Position numbers and translations under genes: made by a program. This document shows positions 16,501-23,355 of a stretch of 32,000 nt of DNA, one piece after another; position 1 is the first letter of the stretch, and each line of letters starts with the position of its first letter. The notes below the pieces were generated by a model. The model worked only from the letters and a program-made list of their open reading frames with translations, ran no database searches and had not been told where the DNA came from. Origin of the DNA: Acaryochloris marina S15 (GTDB lineage Bacteria > Cyanobacteriota > Cyanobacteriia > Thermosynechococcales > Thermosynechococcaceae); contig NZ_CP064923.1 of NCBI RefSeq assembly GCF_018336915.1, positions 5,460,001 through 5,492,000 of the forward strand, read 5' to 3'.

Positions 16501-18861
16501 TTAGGTTTCGTCGAAGGATAGGTTGGCGAAATGTTCTTGCAGGTAGCGATGGACGAAGACATAGCTGCCGCCTGTGCGATAGATAAATACGCAATCTTCG
16601 GCTTGTTGGAAAAAAGTGACGAAATTCCAAGGGATTTGCTTAGTTTGGCAGAGGACTAAACGCATTGACAAGTGTTGAGTACAGGGGTCTATTCCTTCGT
16701 TGTTGAGGATTAAAAAGAGTGGTAACACCATGAATAAGGCAATAATGAATCTCACTACAAATGGTTCTAGGAACAGAGGTAAAATATTTACCAGAGTAAA
16801 ACAAAGAACAATCATAAAAACAAGCGACACGATAACCTGTATCACTATCGTTTTTAAAGATCCCCAAATAACTTGATTAGGAAAAGTTCGATCTAGAATA
16901 TCGACTTTTAGCCCTCCAATCAGCTTGATACTTAGCCCTCCAATCAGCTTGATACTCTCCCCGAGAATCAATCCGAAAATTAGCCCGAGAATCAGGCCTC
17001 CAATCAGCCCGTAACTCTGCATGAAAAGCCCCCCGAAACTCAGCGCGTATGTCAGATAGCTTTCAAGGAGCTTCCAACTTCTTCGTCCCGTTTTGCGAGG
17101 CATTGGATTTTCTATAGCTTTTACTGAATACATCTTATCTCGCCTAACACTCAGCCCGAAAATCAATCCGATTAGCCCGAAAATTAGCCCAGAAATTAGT
17201 CCTCCAATTAGCCCAAAAACCCTTCCAATTAGCCCGAAAATTAGCCCGAGAATTAGCCCCCAAGCCAGCCCATAAAGCAGCCTATAAAGCCATTTAGTCC
17301 TTTCAGCTTCTACTAGATCCATCCCAACATACAGCCCTCCATACAGCCCCATTAGCCCTCCAAATAGCCCTCCGACAATACCTCCAAATAGCTCTCCGAC
17401 AATACCTCCAAATAGCCCGCAAATCAATCCGAAAATCAATCCGAAGATTAGCCCAAGAATCAGCCCAAAAAGCCATTTAGTCCTTGCTGTCTCCAGCCAA
17501 TCTTTGGGTTTCATTCGTTCGATCAAGAACTCTTTCCCCGCTCCCGTTTTCTTCGCTATTCCTTGCAGCCAGTGCAACATTTGTTGCTGTTCCGGCTCAG
17601 GTAAAGACCGCTGGGCAAACATTCGCTCAATATAACGATCAAACAGGAGTTTTAAGCGTTGGTCTTTAGGCAAATCCAGTAATTCCTGAGCTGGACGATT
17701 GCGATAGGCCAAAGTCAGAATCCATAGAAAAAGCGGCTTATTCACTAAGTCCCGTAAGGAGGGATCTGCCCCTAAAGCAGTTGCAATCCCTACTAACGCT
17801 TCCCCTCCCTCTTGTAAGTAATCATCTACCTGCTTTTCTGACAAAGGTTGAATATACACTGCTGCCTGAAACTCTTCTAAACGAGTGATCAAGGCTTGAT
17901 AGTCTACAATTCGGCAACACAGTGCGATTTCGATATTGCCAAACTTTTGCCGAAACTGATTCAATGCTTCCACACAAGCATCGCGATCTTGGGGTTTGAC
18001 TTCATCCAAACCATCCAGCAGCAAGGTCCATTTTTCCTGCTCCAGCCAAGTTTTTCCCACTTCTTTGCGAACTTGATATTGCTGCCATAACTCCTCCAGC
18101 AGCCACTGGGTAAAGGCCAGCGTTCCATCGTTAGGGAACTGCTGAGTGCCCCAAGCTGACAAATTCAACACAATCGGGATAGGCTGTTTTAGCTCTTGAA
18201 AATCAGTCGCTTCTAATAAATCTTGAGCCAGCTCCAAAAGCAAGGTTGTTTTCCCGGCACCCGGCTCCCCCAGCACCAACAACGTTCCGCCACCCCCCAA
18301 ATTAGCAAATCGATCCAACAGCCGCGTGCCAGGGGGCAACACCTGTTTCTCTTCTCCCGCCCTTTGCCACTCCATCCCCACCATCTCAGGCCGCTCTTCC
18401 AATCCCACTGCAATCCGAGCCTGCTCATACAGAGAGTTTTTCAAAACCCCATCAATCCATTTCACCCCCACCTTATCCATCAAGATTTGACGATTGTCTT
18501 GCCACCGGGCTTCATCCAATTCAGATGCTGTCAATATCGAGGGCTTGCGGACAAGCTGCACCACATCCACCACCATCATGCCCAGTAGCCCCACCAGCAC
18601 AACGCTATACAGCAAGCCAATCACTTTGGCAGTTGGGTTATCACTGCTAAAAGCAGCCATTGCCTCTGGAAAGACTCTGCCAATAAACCCCAACACGGCG
18701 GTTTCAACCACCAGCTTCAGCCATCGTCCCCATTTGGCTTTTTTCTGGTCAGCCGCAACTTGCCCCACCACCCAGCCCAACACCACCGGAATCAATACCG
18801 TGAACAGAGGCACCACAACCGTCTGAAAATTCGGATCACTCAGCAGTTTTTGAAGCATCAT
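16501..18861 (-). CDS. Membrane-embedded NACHT-family STAND NTPase with a C-terminal glycine-zipper transmembrane array
   Basis: Three N-terminal hydrophobic spans precede the NACHT core, which has Walker A LLVLGEPGAGKTTLLLELA and Walker B WTLLLDGLDEV. Then comes roughly 290 aa of GLIxGL/GGxxG hydrophobic repeats. The protein ends with FIYRTGGSYVFVHRYLQEHFA, a motif typical of the helical module after a NACHT core. I could not recognise any WD40, TPR or LRR repeats. Confidence 0.85.
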   Translation of the reverse strand: MMLQKLLSDPNFQTVVVPLFTVLIPVVLGWVVGQVAADQKKAKWGRWLKLVVETAVLGFIGRVFPEAMAAFSSDNPTAKVIGLLYSVVLVGLLGMMVVDVVQLVRKPSILTASELDEARWQDNRQILMDKVGVKWIDGVLKNSLYEQARIAVGLEERPEMVGMEWQRAGEEKQVLPPGTRLLDRFANLGGGGTLLVLGEPGAGKTTLLLELAQDLLEATDFQELKQPIPIVLNLSAWGTQQFPNDGTLAFTQWLLEELWQQYQVRKEVGKTWLEQEKWTLLLDGLDEVKPQDRDACVEALNQFRQKFGNIEIALCCRIVDYQALITRLEEFQAAVYIQPLSEKQVDDYLQEGGEALVGIATALGADPSLRDLVNKPLFLWILTLAYRNRPAQELLDLPKDQRLKLLFDRYIERMFAQRSLPEPEQQQMLHWLQGIAKKTGAGKEFLIERMKPKDWLETARTKWLFGLILGLIFGLIFGLICGLFGGIVGELFGGIVGGLFGGLMGLYGGLYVGMDLVEAERTKWLYRLLYGLAWGLILGLIFGLIGRVFGLIGGLISGLIFGLIGLIFGLSVRRDKMYSVKAIENPMPRKTGRRSWKLLESYLTYALSFGGLFMQSYGLIGGLILGLIFGLILGESIKLIGGLSIKLIGGLKVDILDRTFPNQVIWGSLKTIVIQVIVSLVFMIVLCFTLVNILPLFLEPFVVRFIIALFMVLPLFLILNNEGIDPCTQHLSMRLVLCQTKQIPWNFVTFFQQAEDCVFIYRTGGSYVFVHRYLQEHFANLSFDET
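16909..16956 (-). repeat. Perfect in-frame 24-nt tandem duplication inside the NACHT gene
   Basis: tagccctccaatcagcttgatact occurs twice back to back (16909-16932 and 16933-16956) with 24/24 identity. It encodes SIKLIGGL-SIKLIGGL. Confidence 0.95.
17155..17262 (-). repeat. Degenerate 12/9-nt periodic repeat encoding GLIF/GLI glycine-zipper units
   Basis: The plus strand reads agcccgaaaatc aatccgatt agcccgaaaatt agcccagaaatt agtcctccaatt agcccaaaaacc cttccaatt agcccgaaaatt agcccgagaatt. A 17-nt match, aaagccatttagtcctt, at 17286-17302 and 17469-17485 is 183 nt apart. That marks a duplicated 61-codon module beginning (E)RTKWL. Confidence 0.9.
17370..17417 (-). repeat. Second in-frame 24-nt tandem duplication (23/24 identical) inside the NACHT gene
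   Basis: ctccgacaatacctccaaatagcT (17370-17393) is followed by ctccgacaatacctccaaatagcC (17394-17417). Together they encode the GGIVGELF/GGIVGGLF units. Confidence 0.93.
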
Positions 18862-19192
18862 CGATATTTAAGAGAATAAGCAGCTTTAATCGAATATAAA
18901 CGAGAATAAAAGCAAAATCTATATAAAATATCCTTTCCAGCAAGAATTTTGCCGATTTACTCTCATTAAGATAAAGATCGATCTAAGTGCACGATCTTAT
19001 GCCCCATCAAACGTCTGGCCAACATTACCCTTGCCCCCTCCCCAGTACTCCAGATTTACCAACCAAGGTGAGTAGGCCCAAGATACGGGAACCCTAAATA
19101 TAAAGCGATGTAACGTTGGAACTTTTTATTGGTCAGCCAACCTGTTTCGCTCAGGTTCTACCCCATAATTTCCGACTCTATCCCCATCTCGC
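18862..19192. promoter_or_regulatory. Shared divergent promoter region between the NACHT gene and the first kinase/FGE gene
   Basis: This 331-bp AT-rich, ORF-free spacer is flanked by two outward-facing start codons (18861 minus, 19193 plus). No specific operator could be established. Confidence 0.55.
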
Positions 19193-21097
19193 ATGCTCCA
19201 TTGTCTGAACCCCACTTGCAGCAATCCTCAAAACCCAGACGGGCGTGACACCTGTCAACAATGCGGACAGCCCCTGATCGGCATATTGCGCAATCGATAT
19301 CGCATCATCAAACCACTGGGACAAGGTGGATTCGGCATCACTTATCTGGCCGAAGATATCGAGAGATTTAACGAGACTTGCGTGGTTAAACAATTAGCCT
19401 ATCAAAACCCTGATAGCCTCGCATCGCAGCAAAAAGTCCAAGACCTCTTTACCCAAGAAGCCCAACAGCTCTTTCAGCTCGGCACCCATCCACAAATCCC
19501 CAACCTGCTAGCCTACTTTCATGAAACAGGGCATCAATATTTAGTACAAGAATTTATCGAAGGTCCCAATCTTCTGCAAGAGCTGAAAAGCAACGGGGTA
19601 TATAGTGAATCCAAGCTGAGACACTTTCTCCGTAGCATCTTGCCCGTTCTAGACTATATCCATACCCAAGGCGTCATTCATCGCGATCTCAAACCCCACA
19701 ACATCATGTATCGCCCCGCCGATGATCGCTATTTCATCATCGACTTTGGCGTCACCAAGCAAGTCAATACTCAAGACCTCACAGGCACTGTATTAGGCAG
19801 CGAAGGATACGCCGCCTTCGAACAACTCCAATATGGTCAGGCCCATCCCGCGAGTGATTTATATAGTTTGGGGGTGAGCTGTTTTCACTTCTTGACAGGC
19901 CATGATCCAAGATCACTCCAGCTTCAGGTCGGGTATTCATGGACCCAAAACTGGCAGCAACATCTCCCAAAGCCCCTCAGCCCTGAGCTCACCTCAGTTC
20001 TTGACACCCTGCTCCAACTGCAACTAGAGAATCGCTATACCTCTGTTGCAGCAGTGCTCAAAGATTTAGCCCTCACCCAAACTTCTCCCCCCAAAAATCA
20101 AGTCGTGGCTCACAGCCAGCCACCTGCCCATCCACAACCCAAGCTTGAGTTAGCTCCAACCACTGACCGGACCGCCGTTATCTGGGAACCAACGAGCGAT
20201 ATCTCGACTTCATCCGCCTCTGCTGCGTTACACCCACCCTTACAAACCACACAGTTTGAAGTAGTAACCCTCGATGTAAGGGGGCAAACTCATTTGGTTC
20301 AGACCCTTACCGCCCAACAATATCTCGAAGAACTAGGAGACGGCATTTCCCTCTCGATGCTCGTTATCCCGGCCAGAAGTTTCTTCATGGGTTCATCGTC
20401 AACTGAAGTATCAAGACGCAAATTTGAAGGACCTCAACATCAAGTCTCAGTTGCCTCCTTCTACATGGGCCAATTCCTGATCACTCAAGCTCAATGGCAA
20501 GCCATAGCGGCTCTTCCCACCATCAACCATGACCTCTCCCCAGATCCATCGCAGTTCAAAGGAGCCGATCATCCAGTTGAGAGTATTTCCTGGCTAGATG
20601 CTGTCGAATGTTGTGACCGACTCACCCGCAAATTCAATCGACTCTATCGTCTACCCAGTGAAGCAGAGTGGGAATATGCTTGCCGAGCCAACACCACCAC
20701 CCCCTTCCACTGTGGCGAGACCCTCATCTCTGATCATGCTAATTTTCATGGCATGAAAACCTATCGATCCGCCCCTAGAGGTCAGTATCGCAACCAAACC
20801 ACTCCTGTAGGCAGTTTTCAAGCCAATGCTTTTGGCCTCCACGACATGCATGGCAATGTCTGGGAATGGTGCGCCGATGATTGGCATGCCAACTATCAAG
20901 GGGCTCCCATAGATGGCAGCATTTGGTTCACCCCAAACAACGATGCCATCGCAGGCAAGGCTCCCCATCCTTGGAGAGGTGGGTCTTGGTATGATGCCCC
21001 CGACAGCTGTCGGGCTGCCTATCGAACCTTTGCGGATGCCGACTTTAAGAGCAGTAATTTAGGCTTTCGAGTGGTCTCTCCAGTTCTATCCCCCTAA
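19193..21097 (+). CDS. Soluble Ser/Thr protein kinase with an N-terminal 4-Cys zinc ribbon and a C-terminal FGE-sulfatase (SUMF1-like) domain
   Basis: The zinc ribbon is CLNPTCSNPQNPDGRDTCQQCG. Hanks kinase motifs are intact: GQGGFG, VVKQL, HRDLKPHN (codons 163-170) and DFG (codons 184-186). A Pro-rich linker leads to the FGE-sulfatase fold (VIPARSFFMGS, HPVESISW, PSEAEWEYACR, HDMHGNVWEWC, RGGSW, SNLGFRVV). No TM segment is present. Confidence 0.9.
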   Translation: MLHCLNPTCSNPQNPDGRDTCQQCGQPLIGILRNRYRIIKPLGQGGFGITYLAEDIERFNETCVVKQLAYQNPDSLASQQKVQDLFTQEAQQLFQLGTHPQIPNLLAYFHETGHQYLVQEFIEGPNLLQELKSNGVYSESKLRHFLRSILPVLDYIHTQGVIHRDLKPHNIMYRPADDRYFIIDFGVTKQVNTQDLTGTVLGSEGYAAFEQLQYGQAHPASDLYSLGVSCFHFLTGHDPRSLQLQVGYSWTQNWQQHLPKPLSPELTSVLDTLLQLQLENRYTSVAAVLKDLALTQTSPPKNQVVAHSQPPAHPQPKLELAPTTDRTAVIWEPTSDISTSSASAALHPPLQTTQFEVVTLDVRGQTHLVQTLTAQQYLEELGDGISLSMLVIPARSFFMGSSSTEVSRRKFEGPQHQVSVASFYMGQFLITQAQWQAIAALPTINHDLSPDPSQFKGADHPVESISWLDAVECCDRLTRKFNRLYRLPSEAEWEYACRANTTTPFHCGETLISDHANFHGMKTYRSAPRGQYRNQTTPVGSFQANAFGLHDMHGNVWEWCADDWHANYQGAPIDGSIWFTPNNDAIAGKAPHPWRGGSWYDAPDSCRAAYRTFADADFKSSNLGFRVVSPVLSP

Positions 21098-21400
21098 AAA
21101 CCGAATTTGCTCAAGTTTTTTGCAGGGAAAAAGTCGATCGAGCAACCGTTATTAACACTAGTTCGATGGGTTTATGCCAATACTCACTATCAATACAGTA
21201 AGGTATTAGTAACAGAAATAGGGGGGGTAATTGAGTTCTGTGAGTGCCTCAATTTCTCTAGCAGACTAATGCTTCAAAACATGGTAGCTTCAATATTTCA
21301 AGTGTCTATTGGATAACACGATCAAAGTAGTACTTGAGCAATAAGCTATGTCAGTGTGCTGAGTGATTCTTTTCGATTGATTCCTATGAATATCTAAGCA

Positions 21401-23278
21401 ATGGTTTGTTGTCTCAATCCCAAGTGTGAGAAACCCCTCAACCCAGACACCAGTAAGTTTTGTCAACAGTGTGGTACAAAACTAACCCTGTTACGGCGAC
21501 GGTTTAAGATGGTTCGTCTGTTGGGTAAAGGTATGTTTGGCCATACGTATCTTGCAGAAGATCGAGATAATTTGCAGGAGCCCTGCATTGTCAAACAGCT
21601 AATTTGTCAAGCCCAGGGAACGGATGCCAGCCAGACGGTTGTTGAACCATTTTTACAAGAGGCAGAACAACTCAGACGGCTGAAAAAAAACCAACATATT
21701 CCCAGCATTTTAGCTTACTTCGAAGAAAATTATATTCCCTATTTAGTCCAGGAATATATCGACGGCCAAGACTTGCAACAAGTCATTGAGAATCAGGGTG
21801 CCTTCAGCGAGAATCAAGTCCGGGCCTTGTTACTAGAGCTCTTGCCGGTCTTACAGACGATCCATGATCAAGGGGTGATTCATCGGGACTTGAAACCCGC
21901 TCACATCATGCGTCAGCATTCAGATAGCAAGCTGATTCTGGTGGGGTTTTGTGTCTCCAAGCAACTCAGTTTATCTCAGTTACAGCAAACCGATAGCGTT
22001 CGAGAGAATACCAGCTACGCACCACCAGAAGTCTTTGCCGTCGATAAAGCTCGTCCCGGCAGCGATCTCTATAGCCTAGGTGCCACCTGCGTCCATTTAT
22101 TAACGGGAGTTGCTCCCCATGCTTTACCCATCCAAGGTGGAGAAGTATGGGTCGAACACTGGCAACAGCATCTTCCCCAGCCCTTGAGTGCTGAATTAAA
22201 GCCTGTGCTGGAGAAGTTACTCCGCACAGACCTAGCGGAGCGATATACTTCCGCCTTAGAAGTGCTCAGAGAAGTGCGCGGTTTTGCCAAAGCAACCTCC
22301 CGCCCCCTGCCCAAAATACCCGCCGTTCGAGCAGCCCAGACCTCTGGTCAGACAGCCCCACAAGCAGTCAGATCTCAGCCCAAGGCCCCGGCCCAGCCCA
22401 CCAAACTGCAGCCTAAACCCAAATCTTCCATCCCTTCCTTCCAAGCGGAAGTCGCCCAGGTCGATACCAAAGGCCAAGTGGTGAGTCGCCAATTTCATCC
22501 GATTGGCCACATCACCGAGGATCTCGGTAAGGATGTCACCCTGGAGTTGGCGCAGATTCCGGCAGGCCGCTTTTCCATGGGCTCGCCCCCTAGCGAGCAG
22601 CATCGGCAGCAGACCGAAAGTCCCCAGCATATTGTGTCTATCCCAGAATTTTATTTAAGTCGCTATCCCATCACTCAGGTCCAATGGCGTTTGGTGGCCG
22701 CCTTACCCGCAGTCAAGCGCGAACTGGATGATTCTCCGTCTCACTTTACGGGCGATGATCGCCCTGTCGAAAGCGTCTCTTGGTTTGATGTGGTCGAATT
22801 CTGTAACCGACTCTCCTTGTTAACTGGGAAGGACTATCACCTCCCTAGTGAATCTGCTTGGGAATATTCCTGCCGCGCCGCTAGTAACACCCCCTTTGCC
22901 TTTGGCGAAACCCTCAACACAGAACTGGCCAACTATGATGGCACAGCAGCCTATGGAGCTGGACCGACAGGCAATTTTCGCCAGCAAACCACCCGAGTGG
23001 GCAAATTCCCGGCCAATCCCTATGGGTTATCCGATATGCATGGCAATGTCTGGGAATGGTGTGCAGACCATTGGCATGGCAACTATGGCAATGCCCCAGT
23101 AGACGGCAGCGTCTGGCAAGATCAATACTTCTTTGCCTGTGTACTGAGGGGAGGGGCCTGGAATACCCAAGCCGCGAGCTGTCGTTCCGCCTCTCGCATT
23201 TGGGAAGCGGCCTCTGAACAAAGCAATCATATTGGGTTTCGGGTTGCTTGTACCTTAGTGAAACCAGCCAGCTCATAA
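21401..23278 (+). CDS. Paralogous zinc-ribbon / kinase-like / FGE-sulfatase protein; kinase domain predicted catalytically degenerate
   Basis: It has the same architecture as the upstream gene: CLNPKCEKPLNPDTSKFCQQCG, GKGMFG, IVKQL, and an FGE fold with IPAGRFSMGS, RPVESVSW, PSESAWEYSCR, SDMHGNVWEWC, RGGAW and NHIGFRVA. However, the catalytic loop reads HRDLKPAH, so Asn is replaced by His at codon 168. The DFG motif reads GFC at codons 182-184. Confidence 0.88.
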   Translation: MVCCLNPKCEKPLNPDTSKFCQQCGTKLTLLRRRFKMVRLLGKGMFGHTYLAEDRDNLQEPCIVKQLICQAQGTDASQTVVEPFLQEAEQLRRLKKNQHIPSILAYFEENYIPYLVQEYIDGQDLQQVIENQGAFSENQVRALLLELLPVLQTIHDQGVIHRDLKPAHIMRQHSDSKLILVGFCVSKQLSLSQLQQTDSVRENTSYAPPEVFAVDKARPGSDLYSLGATCVHLLTGVAPHALPIQGGEVWVEHWQQHLPQPLSAELKPVLEKLLRTDLAERYTSALEVLREVRGFAKATSRPLPKIPAVRAAQTSGQTAPQAVRSQPKAPAQPTKLQPKPKSSIPSFQAEVAQVDTKGQVVSRQFHPIGHITEDLGKDVTLELAQIPAGRFSMGSPPSEQHRQQTESPQHIVSIPEFYLSRYPITQVQWRLVAALPAVKRELDDSPSHFTGDDRPVESVSWFDVVEFCNRLSLLTGKDYHLPSESAWEYSCRAASNTPFAFGETLNTELANYDGTAAYGAGPTGNFRQQTTRVGKFPANPYGLSDMHGNVWEWCADHWHGNYGNAPVDGSVWQDQYFFACVLRGGAWNTQAASCRSASRIWEAASEQSNHIGFRVACTLVKPASS

Positions 23279-23355
23279 GCGCTTCAAGTCAGAGGGCAAA
23301 AAAACCGCAATAATAATGTGAATGCTCATTTTCATAAGGTGCAACATCCTGCCGG

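Noticed and set aside
16900-17470. Regularly spaced short repeats that could superficially look like a CRISPR or minisatellite array.
   Set aside because: The period is 9/12/24 nt with no unique spacers, and the repeats are in frame within the NACHT CDS (GLIF/GLI codons). No cas genes are present.
18975-18984. A 10-bp perfect palindrome, agatcgatct, in the NACHT/kinase divergent promoter region, considered as a possible shared operator.
   Set aside because: The chance expectation of a 10-bp palindrome in about 330 bp is roughly 0.3. There is no second copy and no flanking conservation evidence.
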